A stretch of 64,000 nucleotides of DNA, taken from the NCBI GenBank assembly GCA_051362555.1, contig CM120640.1:70162788-70226787 (forward strand). The letters are read 5' to 3'. Shown here piece after piece: positions 25,101 through 38,100 of this stretch (position 1 is the first letter of the stretch; every line of letters starts with the position of its first letter). The position numbers and the translations under genes were made by a program. The stretch is from Lingula anatina. Taxonomy: Eukaryota; Animalia; Brachiopoda. Under the pieces are notes generated by a model. It made no database searches. It saw only the letters and a list, made by a program, of their open reading frames with translations, and had not been told where the DNA came from.

Positions 25101-25147
25101 GATTTACCAAAGAAAAGAAGAATGTCAATGTTTGTGCAGCAAGTTGA
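19154..25147 (+). CDS. OGFOD2: 2-oxoglutarate/Fe(II)-dependent oxygenase domain-containing protein 2 (~343 aa); exons 19154-19267, 19840-19896, 20183-20293, 20617-20716, 20916-21040, 24623-25147
   Basis: MKQFYVCSCFFTRNIFV... N-terminus, SDMPKGRPNTMNKYG, LDSHKAFVV, HYDNAEVTLN (HxD), HRGQHMHGA, ERYNLIIWMRSSKVRNQKCPMC. All six exons join in phase at GT-AG sites. Confidence 0.93.
21066..24442 (+). mobile_element. Non-autonomous Helentron/HINE-like element (copy B), inverted relative to copy A, in OGFOD2 intron 5
   Basis: Reverse complement of 15611-18617 with the same termini (ATTGTACCACCAGCG... and ...GATCCTCTAGTT), the same unique segments and the same two-block ~146-bp satellite with different unit numbers. 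Confidence 0.8.
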
Positions 25148-25395
25148 CTCAAGTGGGATACATGATTCACAGTATGAACACTTGTATGAAAGCATAACAT
25201 ATGATCTTTTATGTAATGAGATTGTCCAGAAATGTTGATGTGTTGTATGTTTGAATTTTTTGGTACATACATGTTACTAACTTTTCTCCCCTCTTCGGGA
25301 CAACATTGAGATTTAACAGTGGATATTTATATGCAGCAAAAAGGTCAAAGTATATTTAGTGTAACTTTAGTTAGATTTATATTTATGTATAAAAG

Positions 25396-25398
<3 letters not shown>

Positions 25399-25433
<35 letters not shown>

Positions 25434-25438
25434 TGTGT
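25399..25438. repeat. (TG)n microsatellite
   Basis: Direct observation. Confidence 0.95.
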
Positions 25439-26255
25439 GAGTGCGCCTATCAGTACCTGTAAATGTGCGTGGATGGGAGTGTTTTTATTAGAGCGTACGT
25501 GTAGAGGGGAAAGGGGGGGGGGTAAAGGTGAAAGATGATATATTCTGATGGAAAAGATGTAAAAGTAGTCAAGCAATCAATGTAGGTGTGAGATAGAGGT
25601 AATAAACCCCATTTATTCTTTCTTCTTTTTTAAAGAGGAGGAAAACCGTGTATTGCTCCCATGTAGCATACATCTGCTTAGTACAAGTGACTTATTTTAA
25701 ACTTCTTTAGGTGCTACATCTTCAGGTCTTCCATTTTGTGAAAGAAGCATTTATTGTGCATTTATAATTATTTCCAACTCTTATATGTACAATTAAAAAT
25801 AAGTAATGCCATATTTTTAATACAAAAGATCAAGAGTTTTCTTTAAACTAACTTGCTCTGTTTATTTGTTTAGCAATTTTACATTTTCAGGTGCTATTTT
25901 ATAGTTGCCATATTATACATTTTACTCAGTTATTGGAATAAACAGTACTTATGTTTCTTATCTGTCTTTATTTCTGAAATGTTGCTTCAAAGTTTCTGTA
26001 ATGCCACTGGCAAAATAACATTTCTCTCAAGAGGGTCCATAGTATAAGTCTATTTTCAGATGTTCTTGGGTTTATCCATAAAATATTTGTCTTCAAAAAC
26101 TTGCATCATTGTACCAGTGTCTTCAAAAACATGCATCATTGTACCAGTATCATGGGTTACTATATTGCATAAATTGCTTACCAAATTAGAGGTGGACATA
26201 CTTTTATATTTTATAAAAGAAAGCCCTTGTAAATGCATATGTTATCATTATAATG

Positions 26256-29200
26256 CTAAGGGCCAGCAGGTGCTGTGGTGGTCATATTCACAAGGAGAGT
26301 AGTGGCTGTACGTATAGGCATAGTGGAAGTGGTAGTATTCATGAGGAGAGTAGTGGCTGTAGGCATAGTGGAAGTGGTAGTATTCAGAAGGAGAGTAGTG
26401 GCTGTAGGCATAGTGGAATTGGTAGTATTCATGAGGAGAGTAGTGGCTGTAGTATTGGCTGTACTCTGGACCCAGGCTGGAGGCTGGCCCAAGCTGAAGT
26501 AGGCATAACCCCATGTATTAGCTGCCAGGTTGACCACCAACAGACACAAGATGTTCATACCTATACCAGTCATCATCTGGAAGGAGAAATAAAACATGGG
26601 AGTGTTCCTGAGGGCAGTGGTGTTTACACAGCAATTTCTGTCTTACTGACATTTTAATATGCCTTTTTTCTCTTTTAAGAAAGTTGGGGATGGGGGAAAC
26701 ATGCAGCGGTGCTGGCCATTTGTGGCTTGCAACATCTTGCTTGCTTATGTCACTCTCATAATTTCGTTCAAATCCATACTCTTATTGTAAAAGTGACAGC
26801 AATGCCATGTCCTGGCATCAAAGATTTTGCAGCTACAGCCAGATAGACCTACCATGTCTTTTATCTTGAGATGACCATAAGCAAAGACCACAGCGTTGGG
26901 TGGGGTTGCCACTGGCAACATAAAGGCAAATGAGGCAGCCAGCGTTGGTGGGAACACAAAATATATGGGGTGGACTCCAGTTTTGATTGCCTGTAATATG
27001 CACTTTGAATTAAATAATGGCCCTTTTTAAAGGTTTAAACTAGCTTATTAAAAATAACATGAAAGTGGATGTTCACTGAAGCTTATATTTGTTATATACT
27101 TTGTTATATATCATTTAATGACAGGTACTTACAACATGGCAAATAAATAGATTCTGGGATGTTAACCAATACAGTCAAAATATGCCTGTGCTCAAATATA
27201 GCCCATATCACTAAAATTGTCATAAGAAATAAATAAATAAAGACATGTTCGTAGATACAACTATTCTCACCAGCTCTGCAAGTATAGGAATCATCAGAGT
27301 AGCAATGGTGGTATTGCTGGCGACCTCGGTGAGGAAGCAGACGGTGGTGGTGATGAGGAGGAGGAGGACCAGGGGGGACACGGTGTCCAGGGAGGCCAAC
27401 GCTCCGCCCACCAGGACAGACAGGCCAGATCTCTGGAGATGGATATATCAGAGAATATTACCAAGAAAATAATAGCAGAAAATAATACCAAGGTATGCGA
27501 TACGTCTTTGTCTTAGAGACGAAATATGAGTATTATGGACTTAAAAGCGTACGTAGCTAGGTCTATCTCTATAGCCGTAATTTTACCTGCGCACTTTCTG
27601 CGATTGCGAATCCCCCTCCGAGCAGTAAAATAACACCCCAAGGCATCTTCTGGTGGACGGAAGGCCAGTCGAGGAGGGCAGTGTGAGGACTGGGATTTTC
27701 ACTGGCTGCAACAGTTTAGATGCCTTCAAACATTTATTTGTCAAAGTCGACATATTAAACATGTATTTACGTATATAGAACAATTGTCACGTATAACAAA
27801 CAAACTGTTTACAGGCGTTATCCTGTTATAAAAATTTTTATTTTACTTAAATAAAACAACAGACAATAGATCGGCATATCTTCAGTACTATCACATTGGA
27901 AACTCTGCATCTCGTCACACTGGACGTACTAAAATTGAACAAAGAATTCTCTACCGGCTGCGTCCCTGCAGCAGAAGACCCGGGGCCGGTGACTTGGCGC
28001 CATGAAGAGCAGTATGGTCACTGCAATGGCGGGAACGCCGTCACCAACGTAACTGAAAATGTGCGAAAAAGCAAAAATCCTCAAGACTGTCACGTTACGG
28101 AGTTGTCCTCTCTAGGCACTTTATTGTAATTTTATATATAGTTTTTCACCATTATCTTTTAAAGCTGATAAATTTTCATTGAGGTTTTGCTACATTTGGA
28201 TGACACGAATATTATTCTATTCACAAGACCTTCCAAACGATTAAGGTTCTATATACTTATATTACCCTTTTCTTTACTTCTTTTAATTAAAATTAAACCA
28301 ACGTACCCTTTTTTGAACAAATCTCCCCATCCTGCCAAGTCTCTGGTTATCCATAGGACTGCCAGCAGCAGAAAATGAAGGAACACCATTACCTCAGCGA
28401 AACTGAAGAATAAACGACCAAGAACTTCCACCAGAATATGACAAACTGATGATAGCATATAAACGTTGGATGTTTGATAATTGCAAGAAGATTTAGAAAC
28501 ATTATATTTATATATGTGTTTTCAAATGAATTGCAAATGGCTGTCAAATTATTAAAATACGGTATCTATTTTTTAAAAATTTGGTTATAAATACCTGATC
28601 GGTCCTAAGTCTTTATATTGGGCTCGGATTACTGTCTTTACGCTGCTGTCTGTTTTAACAGACCTAAAATAGACAGACAGCACAGACATAATGTAAGTCA
28701 TACTGCAAGACTGGCCACAATGGAACAGAGCAGAGACAGCAGACAAAAAAAGAACGGCGACATTTTTTTAATTAGAATACGTGCTTCGAAAAACATGCAT
28801 TACGTATATGATTAGGAAATGCTGTGTTTGAAAAATCAGAACATTCAGACTTCATTTATTGGGAAAATGTATTCAAGTACGTTTTTAAACAATTTTTTCA
28901 TAAATATTTGTTGAACCTTCTCTAAATTTGATAATCGTAAACGATACTACTTCCATAGACCATTTATACATACAAAAATTTTTAACCAAACCTCAACACC
29001 CTTCCCAAGAAGATTTATTTTTACAAGAAGTCCTGTGGCCAACAGAACTTTTTTATATATATTAAAATTTTCATCAATATATCACAGTAAATAAGTTTAT
29101 TATATTTTTCTGATAATACCTGCATCTGAAGTAGAAAAGTTGGAGGTATATCCAGCTCAGAAGAAGACAGATGGCAGAAGTTGGCGCGGCAAAAGCCATC

Positions 29201-30293
29201 CAGCTGGCAAATGTTATGGGATTGGTGTCGTCATTGTCTTCAAAGATTCTGTAATAAATAATGGCAGCAAACTTACCGACACGTTTTGCAAACTGCGCAT
29301 GGTCTCCTTACGTAATCCCGTAAGTACGTTTCTTTTCAGGAAAAAGGAAACATTGGTAAACGATGAAAAATTTGTGTTGGGCAATTTATCTCAGTCTGAT
29401 CTCCGCAGTTTTCTTTAATAACCCATAAATGGCAATATGTAGCCAAAGTCGTATTTTGAATACAAGAATACTTGAATTCTGTAAAAATTAGAACGTACAT
29501 GTCCAATTGTCCCTTCATGACCAGGTTAGGTGGCGTCCCTGTCAGGCTGGCAATCCCGCCAACTGTGGCTGAGTACGCCACAGCAATACACATACATTTA
29601 CATAGTTGTTTGTGGTCACGGTCAGGATTTCCCTCTCCCATCTCTGTGAGGTGTGCAGTCGAGCTGGAGACTACCATGTTGAAGTTAGTGCGAGTGACGG
29701 CATCTTCTCTACGAAACATTACAATTTTATAAAACTTATAAACTTACTTCATTACATGGCGTATGACTTTGCGATTTTCTTACAATCTGTATACTTGTTT
29801 TAAATCTCACCTCATTTGAAGTCTGATCTTTGCAACCACGAGTGCCAGATTTCCAAATTAAAGATTCCTTTCAAAAAGGGAACAAGGACGCTAGTTAACG
29901 CTCTTACTGGAATCGCATTGAACCAACCACTGCATAACCCAACGCAATCACCTCAGCAGACATGATAGCACGAAAATTCATGCGTTAGCACTCCTATTGA
30001 CCGTTCTGATATGTACTGGCTGTGATACTGTCAACAGAGTGCTAACGCATGAATTTTCGTGCTACAGACACAAGTGCTAGGCAACACAAACGAGTGAAGC
30101 GCAATACATATATATTAGCAGTGAATCCAGTTTGCACGCCAACTGCTTGATAACAGATAACAATGATTAATAATGGGTACATACGAACTGGCCTTTGGTT
30201 GTCCTGTCGTTCCTTCCGATAACACTTCATTTTCAGTTTCAGTATGTTCGACAGCGTCCTCGAAAATGCCTTCATTTTCTTTTGATATACCGG

Positions 30294-30336
<43 letters not shown>

Positions 30337-33253
30337 GTATGAAAAAGGTTTATATAAATTTACAACCATCTATTTGTACATATTTACAACCACACAGGAA
30401 CATGTATTATCGTTTGGTGCGACGTTGTTTTTTGTTGTCCAAAAATCTATGAAAAGCATTTGCATGATCTGATAAAAAGTATAGAACCGTTAGTTTGTAT
30501 GAATTAAAAGTAAAGTCTGTCGATAATAGAAAGTTCCTGACATCACAAATACTAATACGGGCATAATATACCACCTGAATGATCTTTAAGTTGGTCTAGA
30601 ACTGCCTGTACAATGGGTATCATCATGGCCGTGGAGGCTGTGTTACTGATCCACATGGACAAGAACCAGGTTGGTGCCATGAAACCTAGCATCAACCTGA
30701 AATTAAACCACTGCTATCACAGAACTGACCTGACCACGCTCGGCTGTCACCTTGATTGGATAGTAAACTGTTGTCGTAAAATCGCTAAATGATATTAAAA
30801 CCCGGTGCATAAACTTGAAAACCACCTAGGACAACCTTAGACTGCCACATTAATCCAATACAACGCAAAAATAAACTATAACAAGTGGTTAAAGCCTTCA
30901 AACCGAATGTCGTAAAGTCCCCATATACCTCCATAGAGACAATAAAATAGAATAAGCTTCTGAAACAAGAAAAATCCAGTTCCAACATAATAATCGAAAT
31001 AAAATACTGCCGGGCATCGGAGCGGCCTAAAACTTGGCACGCTTACCGCAAATACTGCAGGCTACATCATCCCGTCGCTCGTTTGTAAATTCCGTGCATG
31101 GCATACGCACAATCAAACCGTATATCCAAATTGCACCTCTGATGTTTGAATTGGTCCTCTCTAACCTACCATTACGAAAAAGAAGCCATGCCATTGGACA
31201 ATGCGACCTCTGCGGTTACGTCATTTCCTGAATTGGATTGTAGAGAGGACCAATTCAAACATCAGAGGTGCAATTTGGATATACGGTTTGATTGTGCGTA
31301 TGCAATGCACGGAATTTACAAACGAGCGACGGGATGATGTAGCCTGCAGTATTTGCGGTAAGCGTGCCAAGTTTTAGGCCGCTCCGATGCCCGGCAGTAT
31401 TTTATTTCGATTATTATGTTGGAACTGGATTTTTCTTGTTTCAGAAGCTTCTTCTATTTTATTGTCTCTATGGAGGTATATGGGGACTTTACGACATTCG
31501 GTTTGAAGGCTTTAACCACTTGTTATAGTTTATTTTTGCATTGTATTGGATTAATGTGGCAGTCTGAGGTTGTCCTAGGTGGTTTTCAAGTTTATGCACC
31601 GGGTTTTAATATCTTTTAGCGATTTTACGACAACCGTTTACTATCCAATCAAGGTGACAGCCGAGCGTGGACCTGACTATAAATTAATTCAAATTAGATC
31701 AAACATCATCAGCCAATGGTAATTACTGGGTGTAACTCAAACATCCCTGGAACCTGCAACAGGAACCAACTGGAAACCTGCAACAGGAACCAACTAGAAC
31801 TATATTTCAACCCTCACACCGATATTATGCAAACAATCTGCTATTCTACCAATGCTTCTGAGCGCAAATGTAACATTTTAAAGAGCCATTACAATAGTTA
31901 CAGTCTCGGATTGGCTCCAACTGTCCCCAGAATCTTCAGAGCTATGCGTTGGTGCAGGTTCCATTTTTCAATGGCAATGGCCACCGACAGTCCTCCCATG
32001 AATAACATTATAATATCCTACAGCAAAAAAGCAGCAAAAAAGACATATAAGATAAAGGTTTTAAAAACAAAAAGTAACGTTGAAGTTTGTTGAGGAAAAT
32101 ATTCGTAATAGCATCCAATAGGCCTAGTTTCAAAAATCGTTCTGATAGTTTAATGTGAAATACAGCAGGTGATTTGTCAAAAACAAACAAACAAATACAA
32201 TCTGATCAGGTAAAGACAGTCACCTTGAAGTAAAGAGGAGCCACTTCTTTTAAAGGCAACAGTCCTAGCAGCGGCATGAGGACCACTGGCATAAGTGCAG
32301 TCACTGCTATGGGTATGGCCTCTGTAAGCCAGTAGACGGCCATCAGCATTATTACATAGGCACACAAACCTTCTGAGTGCTGGAACATACCAGACATCAA
32401 GTGACTAAACACAATTTCTAAACATGTCTTTGACAGAAGGCAACAGTGATTTTTTTCATTTCAATTTAAACCATTTTATAATCCTTTCATTTGGTAAAGA
32501 CAACGTGTTTTTTAGATGTGTACGATATTTGTTGTTTTGTGTTGTCTCTAGATTACACGTTCAAGTTATATTTACACTGTTGGTTTTCATCAGTTTTAAA
32601 GCCCATTGCAAACTACCTCCCCTTGGTGTACGTAAACACTAATTTTGAATAAGAACATCCAGAGTGAGAATTTTAATGTTCTTATGAACCCTACCATGAT
32701 TAATCATGAGTTATTATTAGTATTTCACTATGTAGGGGTTATCAAATGCGTAGAAAGTTTCAACGATCAAATGTGACCTACCCCCCCCCCCGTAAATTAA
32801 ATTTTTAATGAAATGAAAAGCTAAAAGTCAAAGGAACGTTACTGTCACTTTAAAAACATGTGGATTTAAGATTTTAGATAACATATTATTTATAAAACGA
32901 AAAAATAAATTGATTAGTTTGTACCTGTTACAGATTAGCATCCTTTTGTCGTTGGCACCTTGTCCATTGTGAAAACAAACGTGCAGTGTCTGTCTTACAC
33001 TGAGAGACTTGGGACGGCAGAAAAATTTACGAGGATACCACACGTTATCCTTAATGTTCTACGCACACGACAAAAGCGCAAAACCGTGTTCCAATACAGC
33101 TTAAGATACCCTTTTTTGTTAGATAATTCTCTGAAAACCACTTACCTGTGAGTGAGGTGTTCCCAGAAAAAGGGGCAGGGGCAGGAGTAGTAATGGAGTA
33201 ATTATTATAACCCATGTTTTTCGCAAATCCCATATTTCACGTAGAATCAGCAT
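26256..33253 (-). CDS. SLC13-family Na+/di-tricarboxylate cotransporter, paralog 1 (multi-exon)
   Basis: Start [27 protein letters not shown] at 33253. Exons carry [78 protein letters not shown] and [17 protein letters not shown], all hallmark SLC13/DASS motifs. Confidence 0.92.
26270..26452 (-). repeat. Coding ~45-bp minisatellite ([15 protein letters not shown])x~4 in the C-terminal tail of SLC13 paralog 1
   Basis: Repeats of GAGGAGAGTAGTGGCTGTAGGCATAGTGGAAGTGGTAGTATTC, in frame in ORF 26256-26597. Confidence 0.85.
29966..30064. mobile_element. Small hairpin/MITE-like element
   Basis: 28-bp perfect inverted repeat TAGCACGAAAATTCATGCGTTAGCACTC / GAGTGCTAACGCATGAATTTTCGTGCTA around a ~43-bp spacer. 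Confidence 0.65.
30735..31669. mobile_element. Fold-back non-autonomous DNA transposon (hAT- or P-like) in an SLC13 paralog 1 intron
   Basis: ~430-bp near-perfect inverted arms, ~77-bp spacer, CA...TG termini and an 8-bp target duplication GACCTGAC (30727-30734 and 31670-31677). Confidence 0.88.
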
Positions 33254-35148
33254 GGTTGAGTTAGATTAATGATTCTTAAGATATAAAATGTCGACTTCTA
33301 GGCTACGTCTAATTGAATACTGGGCCGACAGGTAATGTGCCATGAATTCATGTTAAACTTTATGCATGATAAAACAAATCCACTAACGATTAGAGTTAGA
33401 GCGAGAATAAAAAGAATTCATCTCTGTATTCGTTACACGTCATATTTTGGAGCAATTTTTTTGCTCCTGAAGTAGAAGTACAGGTGTACGGTGATAGGAG
33501 TGCCTCAAAATGAGCTGAAATAACAATTAGCCTTTATTTTTATTGAATACATAGGCCTATTATAACAGTGCAGATGAACTGCTACTTCCTATATTTACTG
33601 CAGTGAGACGTAGAATGCTAGAACGGGCTTCTTAAAAAGCTAACGAAATTCCGTTTTCCATTGAATTAACTTACACAGCCCTATAATTAAATGTTCTATC
33701 TAATCTGAAATATAAAAATAGTGATTTCATGGCGGCAAACACCCCCCTTTGACATCACTGTCTCTTCTATCATCATTTGATACTGTTTCTATCTTATCAT
33801 AACTCTAAACTGACAACAAAACGTTAAGCTCTTTAAAGGTATCCTATGCAGGATTTTTACAACAAATCGAATTTTCCTCAGAAAACAAATTATCCTACTG
33901 ACTAATCATAGCAAGACCTATCCAAACACTTGGATTCGATGTTTTATTCCATTTCTAATTTTAGTTATTTAGGCCTACATCAAAATGTCTTCTTCTTAGT
34001 ACATTAATTTAGACTGTCATGTCTACCTGTACATTTGAGAAGTAAATATCGATATCAGGTAATTTTTCTTTGAGGGATTTTATCGTCTGAATTAGGAAAG
34101 ACAAGTAGCTCTGCGGGACATGCACTTGTACATGAAAATAATAGTGAAAATTCAAACTCGGATAGTATACCTTAAAATAAACGTTAACAGGTGGCGCCAC
34201 GAGGCACCATTGTGCTGATAAGTCTTGGTGACTACAAGATAAGTACCAAGAGATGGCGAGCTATTATCTTGTATTACATGTCAGAAGTCGACAGAGGAAG
34301 TGTTATCAATGTTTTAGAGAAGGAAATGTTTGTCACAGGGGACCATCATACGTAATACAGAAATATACTCGGTAGAATTGAAATCGATAAAGAGTTTGGC
34401 AACTTTAGCATCATACATTAAAATTTTATGAAATAAATGGTAAACGAAAAAAGTATAGAAGAAGGGTATAAAAATCATGTATTTTATCTTTTTATATAAA
34501 ATATTTATCAGACAATTAAGGAACATGGGTGCTCACATAAAAAGTATTAATATGACGTTTGGAATGCTTTATTATGTAACTGATGACAAGAATTAAACTT
34601 AAATTTAAAAACTGTACTGTATGTATGCATTCAAACATGAAAATATTACTAATGATGTATTAACATATTTTAAATAATAATAATAATAATAATAGGAATT
34701 GGTAAAATAATCTACATGATGTGAGCAATTTTTAATCTGATGTGATACATTTTTAATAAATTCTTGTTGTTTTTCCTGGAAATTGAGATCATCCTGGAAC
34801 ATCCTCAGTACCCAGTAATATTGGAGTGCTGTAGATACAGCCAAATTGTGTAAACAGAACAGGGACCATCCTTAATTTCTGGCTGAATGCAAACTAAGCT
34901 ATCCATGAATATTTTATAAAATACTGTATGAGCGTATTCAGGACAGCCATATTTAGTCCGCAGATCAGTTAGTCCATGGATCATCTGTTCTGAATGAACT
35001 CTACAAATATTTTTGAAAAATCAATGTTTATAAAATTTTTATGTAGCTGAATCAAAAATGTGAAGAAATCTTTTTGTAGTGTGAGTCACCACAATCTACA
35101 ATTGTCCATAATGCTCTTTAATAATCAGTATGAAAATTAGTATAATCT

Positions 35149-38100
35149 TTATGTTAGGCCAGTGCAGTTTTGAAAACTGTAGATGGTGCTGGCAAGGCCT
35201 GTAAATGCTGGAGAAGTTGGAACTGTTGTATGCTGATCCTTAACCCACTGTGGGGGTTCTCCCAGCTTAAAGAAGGCCAAGCCCCAAGTATTAGTTGCCA
35301 AGGCAACCACCGCAAGACACATGATATTCATACCTATCCCAGCAACCACCTGCAAGTACCACAACAGAGAAGCAAAGATGACTTCTGAAAGCCATGCACA
35401 GAATTGCTAATTGACTAATAATTCTAAATACTGTATGAGCGCATTCAGGACAGTCATATTTAGTCGGCAAATCAGTTACTCCATGGATCATCTGTTCAGA
35501 ATGCACTCTACAGATTTTCTTGAAAAATCAAATTAACAAAATTGGCAGTCTATAATGTTCTAGTATATGAAAATCAATGCAGCTTAATTCAGTTAAAGTA
35601 TGTCATTTAGATTTTTCAACATATCCATTAATTTTTTTTTTACAAACCTATTCAGATAAAATGAAGATTGCTTACCATATCCCTAACTCTGAGAGTCCCA
35701 TAGGAGAAGACAATAGCATTGGGTGGGGTGGCCACAGGTAGCATGAAGGCAAAGGAACAGGCCAAAGTGGCAGGAAATATAAGGTAAAGGGGATGGACAC
35801 CTATCTGGATGGACTGAAAAGATACAATGTATCTGATGTAGTAACAGAAAATGAAATTGAACAAAAATGTTACATATGTTCCCCTTGAAGAATTATCAAA
35901 AGTATTTTACCATAGATAACAATTTGCATTATTTTAAATAGTAAAAAGGAGAAAAAAAAAACATTAACATATATTTTTCACAACCCTTAAAAGTTCCCAA
36001 GCATGTATTTAGTATATAATCTTATTTCTGATAATGAGAAGGCAGTAATATCATACTCACCAGTTCTCCCAGTATGGGTATAATAAGTGTGGCTGTGGCA
36101 GTGTTACTGGTCACTTCTGTGAGGAAGGCCACTATAGCCCCCAGTATTACCACCAGTGCAGAAGCTGGTATGCCTGCAAAGGTACTGAGGGCATTGCCAA
36201 CTAAAGAGGACAGCCCTGACTCCTAGAATCAAGAGCAGACAGAAATGGCAATGAAAAAAGATGTCACTTATGTGACTTATATGTAGGTTACACCACTGTG
36301 GCCAAGTTTTAGATAAAGATTATACACTCAATACATCATAATATATAAATTGCAAGATAGTAAGAAATAATAATTATTAAAATAATGTTACCTTGGCAGC
36401 ATGCACCCACCAGGGCAACCCCCACCTAACATCACCTTGGCAGCATCAGCCAGGGCAAACCCCCCACCTAACATTACATTGGCAGTATAAGCCAGGGCAA
36501 ACCCCCCACCTAACATTACCTTGGCAGCATCAGCCAGGGCAAACCCCCCCACCTAACATTACCTTGGCAGCATCAGCCAGGGCAAACCCCCCACCTAACA
36601 TTACCTTGGCAGCATCAGCCAGGGCAAACCCCCCACCTAACATTACCTTGGCAGCATCAGCCAGGGCAAACCCCCCACCTAACATTACCTTGGCAGCATC
36701 AGCCAGGGCAAACCCCCACCCAACATTACCTTGGCAGCATCAGCCAGGGCAAACCCCCCACCATTACCTTGGCAGCATCAGCCAGGGCAAACCCCCACCC
36801 AACATTACCTTGGCAGCATCAGCCAGGGCAAACCCCCCAACTAACATTACCTTGGCAGCATCAGCCAGGGCAAACCCCCAACCTAACATTACCTTGGCAG
36901 CATCAGCCAGGGCAAACCCCCCACCTAACAGCAGGACCACACTCCATGGCATCTTCCTGTTCAGGGTGGCCCAATCCAGAAGTGAGGGAACTGGGGAAAT
37001 CTCACTGGAATCTAAATTAATGAGATATTCAAACTGCAACATTTTAAAAGGACCAACAGTTTAACACCTACCACTCAAACAATATTTCATTAAATTCATT
37101 TATATCCATGGAATATTATTGAAAAAGAAGTTGGACATTATAACACTGGATAATAATTTCCATTTGAAGTGGTTCACAACTGTCACAAAAGTGAATTAAT
37201 GACCTTCCATAGTGATCAACACTATGGATTTATGCAATTTAAAATGTGAATTAATTTCCAAGCGACAAAATTTTTAAGTTTTTACCATATACTTACCATT
37301 TCTATCCTTGCAACAGAGGAACCTTGGTCTCTGGCTTGGCCACATGAATAAGGAAATGGCAATCAGCATTGCAGGGGTGGCATCTGTTACATATCTGACA
37401 GGAGAGAGAGAGAGGCATTTTTCCATATACTGGTGCAGCTTGTACCAGCATTTTGTATCATATTCTTATTTTACATGTAGCTGTGTCACTAAGACAACAA
37501 AACTATAAAAAGACAGAAAAAGAATCATTTAACTGATCTAAACGAGACTTACTTGTCAGGGAATAACTTTCCCCACCCTGGTGCGAATCCAGGATCTCGT
37601 GTAATCCACAGTAGGGCCAGCACACCAAAGTGAATAGAAACTAAGATCTCTGCAAAACTACAATATGAAAAGTGGAATACTTGTGGTTTTGTCTGTTCTT
37701 TATCCAACTTTAACAGACATTAGTTTTTATCAGTTTAATGAAAGTTAAAAAATTTATATAATGATATAGTAGTTAGCAAAATACAAATTTTGTTAAAAAT
37801 AATAATATGCATTTCGGAAAGTTTTAAATAAAAAATAAAAATTCTGATTTCATTTGCTTTTGACATAATTCTGTTCTTTTTTTTTACAAAATATTTGTTA
37901 TAATTCAAGTAATTCAAATATAAAAATAAATTTAAAAATAATAAACTGCATCTCCTCTGCGATCTACCTATTCCAGTCTATTTATTATTAAACTTAATTT
38001 ATGGAGGGTAAAAAATTGGTTAATATAAAATTTGTCTTTCCTCAGGTACCTGATTGGTCCCATATTGGTATATTCTTTCCTTATCACTTCTTTGACACTT

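Noticed and set aside
30785-31619. Pair of near-identical 67-aa ORFs on opposite strands
   Set aside because: A consequence of the fold-back element's inverted arms; no protein motif.
36393-37064. 223-aa plus-strand repeat protein ([14 protein letters not shown])n
   Set aside because: Antisense reading of the 42-bp exon/donor minisatellite; TTG start and no independent support.
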